Below are positions 16,981 to 27,741 of a stretch of DNA of 64,000 nt, piece by piece (the first letter of the stretch is position 1; each line of letters starts with the position of its first letter). The translations under genes and the position numbers were made by a program. The stretch spans positions 44,839 through 108,838 of the forward strand of contig CACNKX010000001.1 of assembly GCA_902621165.1 (NCBI GenBank), in the 5' to 3' direction. The DNA is from an uncultured Alphaproteobacteria bacterium (GTDB taxonomy: Bacteria; Pseudomonadota; Alphaproteobacteria; HIMB59; GCA-002718135). The notes beneath the pieces are model-generated. The model was given only the letters and a program-made list of their open reading frames with translations. It was not told the origin of the DNA and searched no databases.

Positions 16981-17919
16981 ATGACTCAAATTAAACCTCT
17001 ATCTAGTATGGAAACTCCTCGCTTTGCTGATGTTGCTACTTTTTTTCGATTACCTATAGTTAAAGATTTAAATAAATTAGACTACTGTGCTGTAGGTGTG
17101 CCATGGGATGGAGGAACTACCAATAGACCTGGTGCAAGACATGGCCCTAGAGAAATCAGAAATGCATCGTCACTTGTAAGGCTTTATCACCCTGTTTCAC
17201 TTAAGAGCCCTTATGATAAATTTAATATTGCAGATATTGGTGATTGTCCGGTAAATCCAGCGAGTCTAAGTGATAGTTTAGATAAAATAGAAAAATTTTA
17301 CTCAAATATTTATAATTCCAAAACAATACCATTATCAATTGGAGGTGATCATTTAATTAGCCTACCAATTCTTAGAGGTATAGCAAAAGAAAAGCCAGTA
17401 GGTTTATTTCAGTTTGATTCTCATTCTGATACTTGGGACACTTATTTTGGAGGATTTAAATATACTCATGGCACACCATTTAGAAGAGCTATAGAAGAAA
17501 ATCTAATTGATCCAAAAAAATATGTAATCCTTGGTCTTCGTGGAGCTTTATATGATCCTGAAGATTTAAGTTGGGCTAAAGAACAAGGTGTAACTATTAT
17601 TACTATAGATGATTATTATGAAATGGGATTTAATAAATGTATTGAAAAAATTTATGAAGTTCTAGTTAATACAGATACTTATTTTACATTTGATATTGAT
17701 GGAATAGACCCAACTTTTGCACCAGGTACTGGAACTCCAGAAGTTGGAGGTTTTAATGTGAGAGAGGCACAAACTATTATAAGAGCACTAAACAAAATCA
17801 ATTTTGTAGGAGGTGATGTTGTAGAGGTATCACCACCATTTGATGTAAATAATATGACTTCATTAGTAGGAGCAACGATTGCCTTTGAAATGCTTTGTAC
17901 TATGACAAAAGTAAATTAA
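16981..17919 (+). CDS. Arginase-family ureohydrolase (agmatinase / guanidino-acid hydrolase)
   Basis: Mn-ligand motifs IGGDHLIS, FDSHSDTWD and FDIDGIDPTFAPGTGTPE. 312 aa. Confidence 0.85.
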   Translation: MTQIKPLSSMETPRFADVATFFRLPIVKDLNKLDYCAVGVPWDGGTTNRPGARHGPREIRNASSLVRLYHPVSLKSPYDKFNIADIGDCPVNPASLSDSLDKIEKFYSNIYNSKTIPLSIGGDHLISLPILRGIAKEKPVGLFQFDSHSDTWDTYFGGFKYTHGTPFRRAIEENLIDPKKYVILGLRGALYDPEDLSWAKEQGVTIITIDDYYEMGFNKCIEKIYEVLVNTDTYFTFDIDGIDPTFAPGTGTPEVGGFNVREAQTIIRALNKINFVGGDVVEVSPPFDVNNMTSLVGATIAFEMLCTMTKVN

Positions 17920-18479
17920 AACTCTTCAAAATTTGAAGTTCCAACACATAAAACATTTTTTAAATCTAGATATTTATTAATATTATCTTTATTGACTCCA
18001 CCTGTTGGAATAAATTTTATATCCTTTAGAATATTTTCAATTGATTGTAATTTTTTTTGCTCTCCATTTAAATTTGCTGGAAAAAATTTAATTATTTTAT
18101 AACCTTTGTTATATAGATATATAAATTCACTAACTGTTTCAGCTCCAGGAATATATAATAAATTATTAATTTCTAAAACCTCATCAACAATTCCAGGAGA
18201 AACAAAAAAGTTAAAATTATGATCTTGACCTTTAATAAAATCTTCTTTTGTTAAAACTGAGCCCAACCCAAATTTATGTTTAGTAAAATGTTTTTGTAAT
18301 TCTAATGCTATATCAAAAGATTGATTTTCTCTCAGTGTTACTTCAATATATCGAATAGATCTATTTTTCTCTAAATATTTGCTTAAGCGATCAATATCAT
18401 TGCTTAAACTTGTGGTATTAAGAATTGGTAAAATTTTTTGTTCTTTTAGTTTTAATTGTAATTCGCTATTTAACATCAA
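17916..18479 (-). CDS. eda: 2-dehydro-3-deoxy-phosphogluconate (KDPG) aldolase family
   Basis: IEVTLR, FVSPG, PGAETVSE, the Schiff-base context IIKFFPA, and FIPTGGV. Confidence 0.8.
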   Translation of the reverse strand: MMLNSELQLKLKEQKILPILNTTSLSNDIDRLSKYLEKNRSIRYIEVTLRENQSFDIALELQKHFTKHKFGLGSVLTKEDFIKGQDHNFNFFVSPGIVDEVLEINNLLYIPGAETVSEFIYLYNKGYKIIKFFPANLNGEQKKLQSIENILKDIKFIPTGGVNKDNINKYLDLKNVLCVGTSNFEEF

Positions 18480-19362
18480 CTATTGCTCCTTTTTGCATGA
18501 TTATCTTCGAGCCCAGAAGACTGGCTTCTTTCAAAGCTAAAGCTGGATCGTTATGAATAATAAAATTTGATACGTAGGCAGCATTAAATCCATCTCCAGC
18601 TCCTGAAGTATCAATTACTTTTCTAATAAATTTATTTCTTATTGTATATTTTTTTTTATTTTGAATTGAGTAAGTTAATTTAGCATTTTTTCTAAATATA
18701 CCATGATCTATTTTGTATTTATTTATTAATTTTTCAAAATTACTTAAACTATTATCATTTTTCCAAAATTTTAGATCTTCACCTGACACAAAACAAATAT
18801 CAACAAAATTTAAAATGGAATGCAAAAAATTGTTTAAATTTTTTTTAGTCCATCGATTGATTCTAATATTAAAATCAAAGATAATTTTTACTTTTTTATT
18901 TTTTAATAATTTTAACAAATTAACAAAATTACTTATTTTAGATGGATCAATAATTGAAAGTGTAATTCCAGAAAAATAGATATAATCAAAATTCTTCAAT
19001 TTTTTAAATAATGAAACAAAATCTATCTTATTAAAGTAATTTTTTGCTGCACTATTATCTCTCCAATAAAAAAATTGTTTTTCTCCGTTATTTCTATTCT
19101 TAATTAAATATAAACCAATTTCATGACTATTAACTTGCTTGATTAATTTTGTTGAAATTTTTTTAGAATTTATGAATTCCAAAACTGATCTGTTTATACT
19201 AGTTTTACCAATGGCTGTAAGAAAAGAGACATCAAAATATTTTTTATCAATATAGTTACAAAAATTTAGAGTATCACCTGCAAATGATTGTTGAAATATA
19301 TTATTCTTAGTATTGGCAATTTCAATCATACATTCACCAACTGAACAAATTTTTGTTTTCAT
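18466..19362 (-). CDS. kdgK: 2-dehydro-3-deoxygluconokinase (PfkB family)
   Basis: PfkB signature VIDTSGAGDGFNAAY. FAGDTLNF N-terminal motif typical of KdgK. Overlaps eda by 14 nt. Confidence 0.75.
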   Translation of the reverse strand: MKTKICSVGECMIEIANTKNNIFQQSFAGDTLNFCNYIDKKYFDVSFLTAIGKTSINRSVLEFINSKKISTKLIKQVNSHEIGLYLIKNRNNGEKQFFYWRDNSAAKNYFNKIDFVSLFKKLKNFDYIYFSGITLSIIDPSKISNFVNLLKLLKNKKVKIIFDFNIRINRWTKKNLNNFLHSILNFVDICFVSGEDLKFWKNDNSLSNFEKLINKYKIDHGIFRKNAKLTYSIQNKKKYTIRNKFIRKVIDTSGAGDGFNAAYVSNFIIHNDPALALKEASLLGSKIIMQKGAIVDVK

Positions 19363-19370
19363 AATTAACT

Positions 19371-19694
19371 TTAGTCGTGATGAAAAACTTCTTCCATACT
19401 AGACCACCATTCTCCTTTTTTTCTATTTGGGTCTGGAATTTGACATGGTCCACAAACACTCCACCACTCTTGAACTTTAGGGTTTGAAGCCATTAGCTTG
19501 TTATCTCTTTCAAGATTGTCTCCGTGATATTCAAGATATCCAAAAAGAGTATTTTTATGCAAATATATAGAATAATTCTTAAAATTAAGTTCTGTTAAAT
19601 TTTCTAAGACTTCAGGCCAAACATTTGCATGAAGTTTTTTATATTCTTCTATTTTTTCCTCTTTAATTCCAAGAGTCATACCTAATCTAATCAT
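19371..19694 (-). CDS. RhaM/DUF718-family 6-deoxyhexose mutarotase
   Basis: 107 aa. Motifs YKKLHANVWPEV, NYSIYL and VQEWW are typical of L-rhamnose-mutarotase-fold proteins. Confidence 0.7.
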   Translation of the reverse strand: MIRLGMTLGIKEEKIEEYKKLHANVWPEVLENLTELNFKNYSIYLHKNTLFGYLEYHGDNLERDNKLMASNPKVQEWWSVCGPCQIPDPNRKKGEWWSSMEEVFHHD

Positions 19695-21158
19695 TTATAA
19701 ATATTCCTTTCTTGTTATTTTGAAACTGTATGCATGCTCGCATGGTTTATTATCTGGTCTTGTTATATGGAGTCCATCTCTGGTATGTTTCCATTCTACT
19801 TTATCAGTACTTCCTAATAATTCTACACTTTCAATTTCATTATCAAAAAGTTTATATATACTTTCTATCGTAAAATCTTTGCTAGGCCATCCTAATGCAG
19901 TTGCATACAAAAAATTATCTTTTGTAGTGAACCTAAAATCTTTAGCAGTATAAATTAGTTTTGCTCGATTATCTGAAAAAGGTCCTGCTTCATTCATTTT
20001 AGTTGGGCCTTCTCCATATTGATCCCATGTTTCTGTTTCAAATATTGCTTCTCCATTTACATCAAGCCAATTTCCAATACCTTCTAAAAGATTTTTATCT
20101 TCTTCTGGAATTGTTCCATCAGGTTTTGGCCCAATATTTAAGAGCATGTATCCATTTTTACTAACATTATCTATTAAGTAGTGAACTAAATCTGTCGTAG
20201 TTTTATATTTTGAATTCTTCATATAAGCCCAAGCACTTCCATCGTGGACTGTGGTATCAGTAATCCAATCATAGTGGGTTAATTCTGACTCTCTTCCTAG
20301 TTCAAGATCTAATAATCCAGAACCGGGGGGAAGATCATGCCATTTATAAGATACAACTACTTCATTACCCCACTCAGTTTCTTTATTATAATAATATGAA
20401 AGAAAATCTTTTTTATACTTTTCATGAATAAATCTAATTCCAAAATCAAACCAGATATAATCTGGTTTATAATTATCTACTACTTCTTTTAATCTATTTA
20501 ACCATCTATCATGAAAAGCTTTACTAGGCTTGTCTTGATGTTCATTTTTTCTACCCCAATGATCCGGATATACAGCCTGATTTCCTATTAAATTTAAATT
20601 GTGAAGTTCACCATATAAACTTTCATATTCCTTTTTTGATGTATCAAAATCATTATTCCAGTGTGGAAAAAAAAACCAGTTTTCAGCATGATGCATTGCT
20701 ACCATATATTTCATCCCTTTATTTCTAATTGCTTTTGCAAGTTCTCCAACAATATCTCTTTTTGGCCCCATCTTGGATGCACACCATTCGGTATCAGAAC
20801 AATTCCACATTGGAAAACCATCATGATGCTCTGCTACTGGTCCAGCAAACTTTGCTCCAGATCGATAATACAAATCTGCCCACTCTTCTGCATTAAATTT
20901 TTCAGCAGTAAACATTGGTATAAAATCTTTATATCCAAATTTAGATGGATGACCATAATGTTTACAATGATAATCAAACTGAGGACTAGGTGGTCTATAC
21001 ATCCAATAAGGATACCAAGTTACATTAGGTCCAGCGGCTGGAACGGAATAGATTCCCCAATGAGCATAAATACCAAACTTTGCTTTTTTAAACCAATTTG
21101 GTGTTTGATGTTGTTTTATTGATGACCAAGTTGACTCAAAATAGTTTTGTTTCATCAC
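19695..21158 (-). CDS. Alpha-L-fucosidase, GH29, no signal peptide
   Basis: NWFKKAKFGIYAHWGIYSVPA, GAKFAGPVAEHHDGFPMW, PDYIWFDF and YMLLNIGPKPDGTIPEE are GH29 hallmarks. The N-terminus MMKQNYFESTW has no hydrophobic leader. Confidence 0.85.
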   Translation of the reverse strand: MMKQNYFESTWSSIKQHQTPNWFKKAKFGIYAHWGIYSVPAAGPNVTWYPYWMYRPPSPQFDYHCKHYGHPSKFGYKDFIPMFTAEKFNAEEWADLYYRSGAKFAGPVAEHHDGFPMWNCSDTEWCASKMGPKRDIVGELAKAIRNKGMKYMVAMHHAENWFFFPHWNNDFDTSKKEYESLYGELHNLNLIGNQAVYPDHWGRKNEHQDKPSKAFHDRWLNRLKEVVDNYKPDYIWFDFGIRFIHEKYKKDFLSYYYNKETEWGNEVVVSYKWHDLPPGSGLLDLELGRESELTHYDWITDTTVHDGSAWAYMKNSKYKTTTDLVHYLIDNVSKNGYMLLNIGPKPDGTIPEEDKNLLEGIGNWLDVNGEAIFETETWDQYGEGPTKMNEAGPFSDNRAKLIYTAKDFRFTTKDNFLYATALGWPSKDFTIESIYKLFDNEIESVELLGSTDKVEWKHTRDGLHITRPDNKPCEHAYSFKITRKEYL

Positions 21159-21186
21159 TTAATTAAATTTAAATTTATATAATCTT

Positions 21187-22011
21187 TTAAAGACTATAAA
21201 ATTGAGTTGCATTTCGAGAAAATATTTTATTTTTTTCTTCTTCAGAAAAAGAATTGCAATAATTCATTGCTAAATCAAACCAATTTGAATAGTTATCTGC
21301 CATTGTCAAAACAGGCCAATCACTTCCCCACATTAATTTATCAGATCCAAAAGTATTAAGAATAAAATCAATATAAGGATCAAGCTGTTCTTTTGTATAA
21401 TCTGGACCAACTTCAGTGAGAATTCCAGAGAATTTACAATAAACATTACTTGCATTTGATAGTTCAGTCATATCTTTTTTCCATTGGTCAATTTCAGACT
21501 TAGTAATCACGGGCTTAGCAATATGATCAATAACTATAGGAAGGAAATCATATTTTTTAACAAATTGTATAAGATGTTGAAGATGATTTGGTCGAACTAA
21601 AGCATCAAAAGTTAAATTTTTTGTATTTAAATAATTTATATTTTCTTTTAGGTGATCATTTAACATCCAAGCATCATCTTGAATATCATGTATCATAGGT
21701 CTAAAACCTTTTAAAAATTTATTCTCACACAGTTTATCAATGTCATCTTTAGCATTGTTACTATCTAAATCAACCCAACCCACGACACCTGCAATAAATT
21801 CATATTTTGATGCTAAACTTAATGTAAATTCTGTTTCAGCAACAGTGTCAGCAGCTTGGACAATTACTGTTTTAGTAATATTTTTTTGTTTTATAAGTGG
21901 CTCAAGATCTTCTGGAAAAAAATCTTTATATAAGACTTTCATATCTGGAGTCATCCATGAGTAATCTCCTCTTGAAAGTTTCCAAAAATGTTGATGACTA
22001 TCTACGTACAT
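21187..22011 (-). CDS. L-fucono-1,5-lactonase-like amidohydrolase (Amidohydro_2)
   Basis: MYVDSHQHFWKLSRGDYSWM, IDHIAKP and WGSDWPV match the sugar-lactonase branch of the amidohydrolase superfamily. Confidence 0.75.
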   Translation of the reverse strand: MYVDSHQHFWKLSRGDYSWMTPDMKVLYKDFFPEDLEPLIKQKNITKTVIVQAADTVAETEFTLSLASKYEFIAGVVGWVDLDSNNAKDDIDKLCENKFLKGFRPMIHDIQDDAWMLNDHLKENINYLNTKNLTFDALVRPNHLQHLIQFVKKYDFLPIVIDHIAKPVITKSEIDQWKKDMTELSNASNVYCKFSGILTEVGPDYTKEQLDPYIDFILNTFGSDKLMWGSDWPVLTMADNYSNWFDLAMNYCNSFSEEEKNKIFSRNATQFYSL

Positions 22012-23298
22012 TTATTTCCAATAAGTACCATTATTATAATCAAATTCATTAAGAGAACTATCTTTAATTTTTACAGAATACCCTGGATTTATAGGCGTTA
22101 CATATCCACCATCTTTAATTATTGCTGGATTTTCAAAATGTTCAGAACAGCTTTCTGCATATTCACTTAATAATAAATCATGATTTGAAATTATAAACTT
22201 GTTGATTAGATTTAAATGCTGAACATATTCACATAAACCAACACCACCTGCATGAGGAATAACGGGAGTATTAAACTTACTAGCTATTAAAAGAACTGGT
22301 AAAATTTCATTTATACTTGCTATTCTACAACTATCAATTTGGCAGTAATCTAAAGATTTGTGTTCTATAAATTGTTTAAACATAACTTTATTTTGTATCA
22401 TTTCTCCAGTTGCAAGATTAACGTCAGGATGTGCATCTTTAATTTTTTTAAAACCTAATACATCATCAGGGTTGGTTGGTTCTTCATAGAATAAGATATC
22501 GAACTGTTTTAGTTTTCCAATATTTTCTATAGTCTCATTTACACTCCAGATTTGATTGGAATCTACCATTAATTTATTTTTATTACCTATTAATTCTCTT
22601 ACTAACTTACAGCGATGGATATCCCTTTCTATATCTTGACCAACTTTCATTTTAAAATGAGTCCAGCCCTTACTTAAATTTTCTTCAACTAGTCTTTTCA
22701 TTTTTTCATCTGAATATCCTAACCAACCAGCTGCTGTTGTATATGCTGGAAAAATAGTGGAATTTAAATCGTCTAAATTTGAAGGTAAATTTGTTTTTTT
22801 CTGATCAATTATTTTAGCTGCTTCATTTTTAGTAATTACATCGTCAATATAAGAAAAAGAGAGTTTATCTAATAAATCTCTTGTTTCTAATTCTATTATG
22901 TATCTCCAAAGAGGTTTTTTATGAAATTTAGAAATTAAATCCCATATTGCATTAAAAAAAGCTGCAGCTGCAAGATGTGTTACACCTTTTTGTGGTCCTA
23001 CCCATCTTAATTGACTGTGGTTTGTAATTTTTTCCCATATGGATGAAATATCCTTTTCTATTTCTTCAACATTTTTTCCAATTATAAATTCTTTAAAATA
23101 TTCTATGACGGTACAACAAAGATCATTACCTTTTCCAATAGTAAAGGTTAATCCAATACCATTTAAATCTTTTTGATCAGTAAATATTGTAACATAAGTT
23201 GCAGAGTAGTCACAATCAACATGAACAGCATCAGTTCCCAAATTATCTTTTGATGTTGGAAAACGAATATCCTGAGTTTTAATATCAATTATTTTCAT
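22012..23298 (-). CDS. fucD: L-fuconate dehydratase (enolase superfamily)
   Basis: DIRFPTS, SQLRWVGPQKGV, PAYTTAAGWLGYSDEK, EEPTNPDDVLG and PHAGGVGLCEYVQHL follow FucD closely. I prefer the ATG at 23298 (MKIIDIK), which forms an ATGA overlap with the upstream stop. The track ORF starts at 23307. Confidence 0.85.
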   Translation of the reverse strand: MKIIDIKTQDIRFPTSKDNLGTDAVHVDCDYSATYVTIFTDQKDLNGIGLTFTIGKGNDLCCTVIEYFKEFIIGKNVEEIEKDISSIWEKITNHSQLRWVGPQKGVTHLAAAAFFNAIWDLISKFHKKPLWRYIIELETRDLLDKLSFSYIDDVITKNEAAKIIDQKKTNLPSNLDDLNSTIFPAYTTAAGWLGYSDEKMKRLVEENLSKGWTHFKMKVGQDIERDIHRCKLVRELIGNKNKLMVDSNQIWSVNETIENIGKLKQFDILFYEEPTNPDDVLGFKKIKDAHPDVNLATGEMIQNKVMFKQFIEHKSLDYCQIDSCRIASINEILPVLLIASKFNTPVIPHAGGVGLCEYVQHLNLINKFIISNHDLLLSEYAESCSEHFENPAIIKDGGYVTPINPGYSVKIKDSSLNEFDYNNGTYWK

Positions 23299-24296
23299 AT
23301 TGAACATCTTTCATCAATTAGTTTTTCATTAAGTAAATCTTTCCACAAATCTTCAGGGATTGGAAAATTTAAAAAAGCCAAGTTTTGCTCCACTTGCTCA
23401 AGCCTATCCATGCCTAAAATCATGGAGGTGACAAGTTTATTAGTATAGCAAAATTGTATTGCTGCTGCCGGAACAGGCACATCATATTTTTTACAAATAT
23501 TTGCAATTTTTAAGTATCGTTGTTTAACTTCTTCTGGAATTTTATCATAAAAATAAGTAATATTTTCACCTACACCTTTAGCTAAAATTCCTGAATTAAA
23601 AATTCCCGCAAGAATAATTCCTATATTATTTTTTTCAGCAATAGGGAAAAAATCATTAAGGGCGTTTTGATCCAATAATGAATATCTGCCTGCAAGAACC
23701 ATACAATCAAAATCGCCTGCATTTGCAAATCTTGCACATATATCAGAGTCATTTACTCCTACTCCAATAGCTTTAATTACTTTTTCTTCTTTTAGTTTTT
23801 GAACGGCTTTATAGGCACCATCCATTGCTAATTTAAAATAATGATCAACCTCGTCACCAAAATTAAATCGATCTACATCATGAATTAAACAAATATCTAC
23901 TTTTGAAACAGCTAATCTTAGTAATGATTGCTCAAATGCTCTCATCACACCGTCATAAGAGTAATCGAGATTAGGAGAAAAATTTAAACTTCCTGCAAAT
24001 CTCCCTCTATCTATATTTTCTTTTTTTGCTGGTGTAAGATATCTTCCAACTTTGGTTGATAAAAAATAACTATCCTCATCTACAGTTTTTAAAAAATTTC
24101 CTAATCTATGTTCACTTAATCCATATCCATATAAAGGTGATGTATCATAAATATTGACTCCTTTTTCAAAGCTTTTTTCAAGTATGTCATAGCAATTTCG
24201 TTCATCAAGATTTTCAAATAAATTGCCTAAGGGTGCTCCGCCAAAACCAATAGCTGTTAAGTTTATATCAGTTTTTCCAAGCTGTCTTTTATTCAT
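23295..24296 (-). CDS. Aldo/keto reductase, L-fucose (D-threo-aldose) 1-dehydrogenase-like
   Basis: AKR N-terminus LGKTDINLTAIGFGGAPLGN plus DTSPLYGYGLSE. Position directly upstream of fucD and the lactonase. Confidence 0.7.
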   Translation of the reverse strand: MNKRQLGKTDINLTAIGFGGAPLGNLFENLDERNCYDILEKSFEKGVNIYDTSPLYGYGLSEHRLGNFLKTVDEDSYFLSTKVGRYLTPAKKENIDRGRFAGSLNFSPNLDYSYDGVMRAFEQSLLRLAVSKVDICLIHDVDRFNFGDEVDHYFKLAMDGAYKAVQKLKEEKVIKAIGVGVNDSDICARFANAGDFDCMVLAGRYSLLDQNALNDFFPIAEKNNIGIILAGIFNSGILAKGVGENITYFYDKIPEEVKQRYLKIANICKKYDVPVPAAAIQFCYTNKLVTSMILGMDRLEQVEQNLAFLNFPIPEDLWKDLLNEKLIDERCSI

Positions 24297-25797
24297 GAAT
24301 ATTTCCCATAATTGATGAACTCATTTCTTCATAGTTATGATTATTGATAGTTTCACCAACTACCTTAAAATCTTTCATTGTTATAATTCTATCTGCTAAG
24401 CTAATCATTTCAGGCATATCACTGGTAATTAAAATTATTGATGTGCCTTTTAAAGATAGTTCAATAATTAATTCATGAAGGTAAGATTTTGTTTTTATAT
24501 CTATACCAACTGTGGGTTCATCAATAAATAATATATCAGTTCCAGAAGCTAGCCATTTAGCTACACTAATTTTTTGCTGATTACCTCCAGATAAGTTAGA
24601 AACGATTTGTTGGTATGAAGGTGTTTTTACTTCAAGTTGTTTCACATAAGGATCTACTTTATTGTAAACAATACTGTCATTTAAAAATGATAATATTTTT
24701 TTCAAATTTGACCAGACTGTTATTCCTGCATTAGATAAAACATCATGCATTAGAATTAACCCCTCTTTTTTTCTGTCTTCACTTATGTATCCAATTTTAT
24801 ATTTTTCTAGTGCATCTTTTGGAGACTTAATTTTAATTTCTTTATTGTTGAGTAAAATCTGTCCAGAATTAATTTTATCTAACCCCAGTACACATTTTAT
24901 TAATTCTGTTCTTCCTGCACCAACTAAACCGTATAATCCAAGTATTTCACCTTTTTTTAAATTTAAATTAATATTTTTATGACCAAGGTCAGTGTTTATT
25001 GATTGTAGATCTAGTAAACTTTCATCTGTAAAATCAATATTTTTCTTAGATTTAATTATTTGTTCATCTCTACCAATCATTAATTTAACAAGTTTCTGTC
25101 TATTAAGATTAGTAATTTGTTCAGACTCACAAGCATTTTTACCATCTCTCAAAACAGTAACTTCATCACAAATTTCAAATACTTCCTCTAATTTGTGACT
25201 AACAAAAACTATACTCACATCTTGTTCAGCAACTAATCGTTTAAGTAATGCAAATAAATTTTTTGTATCTTGTGGGGATAATGATGAAGTTGGCTCATCT
25301 AATAATAGTATTTTTGATTCTAAGGATAAGGCTTTTGCTATTTCACATAGTTGCATTTTTGCAACTGTTAAATCTGATACTATTGTATTTGGATCTATAT
25401 CCAGCTCCATAATATCGAGCCATTTTTTTGATTCTTTAGCAACAGTATTATAATCAATTAATCCTAAATTATTTTTAGGAAGGTTGGTTAACATTAAATT
25501 TTCACCAACTGAAAACCTCCTAATTAAATTTCTTTCTTGGTGCACAACTGAAATTCCAGCATTCATTGCTTCATTGGGTGAAGAAAAAGACTTCTCTTGA
25601 TTATTTAAAAATACCTTTCCTTCATTTTGATTATATACTCCTGTAATAATTTTAATTAATGTAGATTTTCCAGCTCCATTTTCACCAAGAAGTGCATGGA
25701 TTGATTTTTTTTTCAGTCTAAAGTTTGCATTATCAAGAGCTTTAACACCAGGAAAATTTTTTGTAATGTTATTGAGTTCTAAAATATAATCACTCAT
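24289..25797 (-). CDS. Sugar ABC transporter ATP-binding protein, duplicated ATPase (CUT2, RbsA/MglA-like)
   Basis: Two ABC cassettes with Walker A motifs GENGAGKST and GLVGAGRTE and signatures LSGGNQQK. 502 aa. Confidence 0.9.
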   Translation of the reverse strand: MSDYILELNNITKNFPGVKALDNANFRLKKKSIHALLGENGAGKSTLIKIITGVYNQNEGKVFLNNQEKSFSSPNEAMNAGISVVHQERNLIRRFSVGENLMLTNLPKNNLGLIDYNTVAKESKKWLDIMELDIDPNTIVSDLTVAKMQLCEIAKALSLESKILLLDEPTSSLSPQDTKNLFALLKRLVAEQDVSIVFVSHKLEEVFEICDEVTVLRDGKNACESEQITNLNRQKLVKLMIGRDEQIIKSKKNIDFTDESLLDLQSINTDLGHKNINLNLKKGEILGLYGLVGAGRTELIKCVLGLDKINSGQILLNNKEIKIKSPKDALEKYKIGYISEDRKKEGLILMHDVLSNAGITVWSNLKKILSFLNDSIVYNKVDPYVKQLEVKTPSYQQIVSNLSGGNQQKISVAKWLASGTDILFIDEPTVGIDIKTKSYLHELIIELSLKGTSIILITSDMPEMISLADRIITMKDFKVVGETINNHNYEEMSSSIMGNIHE

Positions 25798-26758
25798 CTG
25801 AAAAAACCTTTGTTCTTCTCTCTTCTCTATATTCTCTGTATCTATTTATAAATACCGCTAATAAAATCATAAATCCTAAAAATATTTGAACAAAAAAAGG
25901 ATCAATTTTAAAAATTACTAAAGCTTGAGAAATTATAGAAACTAATATCACACCAAAAGCAGTAGCAATAACATCTACTTTTCCACCAGCAAGTATAGCG
26001 CCTCCAATTACCGGAGCAGCAAATGAAGGTAATAGCCAAGAATCACCTATATTAGGTGTCCCAAGTTGTAATCTACAAACCACTAACATTCCACCGATAG
26101 CAGCTAAAAGGCCTGATATAACATGAGCATAAATAACTATTTTTGTTGAAGATATTCCTATTAGTTCTGACGATTGTACATTATTCCCGTATGCCAGCAT
26201 ATACCTTCCAAGTGATGTTCTATTCATTAAAATCCACATCAGCACAGTTATAATAATTGGTATAATAACTAAATAAGGTATAGGGCCAAAGATTTTTGCA
26301 TTTCCAAAAAATTTAACAGCCTCAGGAATTTCATAAAAAGGTTGAGCCTCTGTTATTCCTAAATTCATTCCTTTAAAAATGTAAAGTGTAGCAAGGGTAA
26401 TAATAAAAGCTGAAATGCCAGTTTTAACAGTGATGTATCCATTTATAAAACCACAAGCAAGACCAATTAATAATCCAATGAGAACAGCAGGTAAAATAGA
26501 CATGCTATAAACTTCCATTAAGCCAGTAAATGAAATCGCAACTAAGCCACCAATTGCTCCAACTGATAAGTTCATTTGACCAATTGCAATGATTATCATT
26601 TGTGACATTGCCACAACGAGCATCAAACTAACACTCAGCATTAAAACATATAAATTAAATGGAGAAATAAATGCAGGCTTAAACAATGAAATTAAGATTG
26701 AACCAAAAATTAAAACTAAACCAAGTCCAAACCAATCTTTTTTTAAAAGTGCGCTCAT
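25790..26758 (-). CDS. Sugar ABC transporter permease (CUT2, RbsC-like)
   Basis: 322-aa polytopic membrane protein of the BPD_transp_2 type, overlapping both neighbours. Confidence 0.85.
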   Translation of the reverse strand: MSALLKKDWFGLGLVLIFGSILISLFKPAFISPFNLYVLMLSVSLMLVVAMSQMIIIAIGQMNLSVGAIGGLVAISFTGLMEVYSMSILPAVLIGLLIGLACGFINGYITVKTGISAFIITLATLYIFKGMNLGITEAQPFYEIPEAVKFFGNAKIFGPIPYLVIIPIIITVLMWILMNRTSLGRYMLAYGNNVQSSELIGISSTKIVIYAHVISGLLAAIGGMLVVCRLQLGTPNIGDSWLLPSFAAPVIGGAILAGGKVDVIATAFGVILVSIISQALVIFKIDPFFVQIFLGFMILLAVFINRYREYREERRTKVFSDE

Positions 26759-27741
26759 GAAACAATTGAATTTTTAACAGTAAAATATTCTCTAGCTCTA
26801 TCTAGCAGAACAGCTCCTAATAATATGATCCCAAGAAAAAATCTTACCCAGAATTCACCAACGTCGATTAAGTATAATCCATTATTTATTAATGTGACAA
26901 GAATTGCTCCTAGCATTGTTCCAAAAACTGTAACCTTGCCACCAGAAAGAAGTGTTCCACCTAATACTGGAGCTAAAAAAGCAGGTAATAACCAATCAAA
27001 TCCTAGATGACCGGCCATAGACGGTATTGCAGCACCAATTCTTGCTGTTAACATAATACCTGCAAGTGCTGCTAAGAAGCCTGAAAGCATATGACAATAA
27101 ATAAACATTCTATCTACAGATATACCTGATAATTCTGCAGCATCAGGATTAGCTCCAGCTGCGATAAGCTTTCGGCCAATATCAGTGTATTTAAAAATGT
27201 AATAAAGTACAAAACAAGTCAGCACACTAATAATTAGTAATGGTGAAATATATTTATTGAAAAGTTTTAAACTCCCAAAATCAGTAAAAGCCTCTGGTAA
27301 TTTTCTAAATGCTTCTGCTTCAGTGAGCAAGGTCATGAAACCAAAATAAATACTCATCGTTGCCAGCGTAACAATGAAACTATGAACACCAGTTCTGACA
27401 GTTACAAATCCATTAATCCAGCCTAGAAATGAACCAAAAGCTAAAACTAAAATGATTGTAATAGAAATAGGAATTCCCATACTTTCCATACACCAACCAC
27501 CAAACATTGCTGCAGAAACACCTAAAGCACCTAGAGATAGATTTAAACCTCCAGTAAGTATAACTACCATCATTGCTAAACCAATCATTATATCTAGAGC
27601 AACTACTCTTGAGAGAGCATAAATATTGAATCTTGAAGTAAATCCATCAGTTGAAAAGGAAAAAATACAAATAAATACAATTACCAATATAAGTAAACCA
27701 AACTGATTGGTTTTTACAAAATTAGGAATTTTATTATTCAT
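26755..27741 (-). CDS. Sugar ABC transporter permease (CUT2, RbsC-like)
   Basis: 328-aa paralogue of the adjacent permease. The ATG directly abuts the T-tract of the upstream terminator hairpin. Confidence 0.85.
   Translation of the reverse strand: MNNKIPNFVKTNQFGLLILVIVFICIFSFSTDGFTSRFNIYALSRVVALDIMIGLAMMVVILTGGLNLSLGALGVSAAMFGGWCMESMGIPISITIILVLAFGSFLGWINGFVTVRTGVHSFIVTLATMSIYFGFMTLLTEAEAFRKLPEAFTDFGSLKLFNKYISPLLIISVLTCFVLYYIFKYTDIGRKLIAAGANPDAAELSGISVDRMFIYCHMLSGFLAALAGIMLTARIGAAIPSMAGHLGFDWLLPAFLAPVLGGTLLSGGKVTVFGTMLGAILVTLINNGLYLIDVGEFWVRFFLGIILLGAVLLDRAREYFTVKNSIVS

Noticed and set aside
20661-21122. 153-aa ORF antisense to the GH29 fucosidase (also 19720-19953)
   Set aside because: It is embedded in a gene with strong family motifs. 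The translation is Cys/Trp/Phe-rich nonsense typical of antisense frames.
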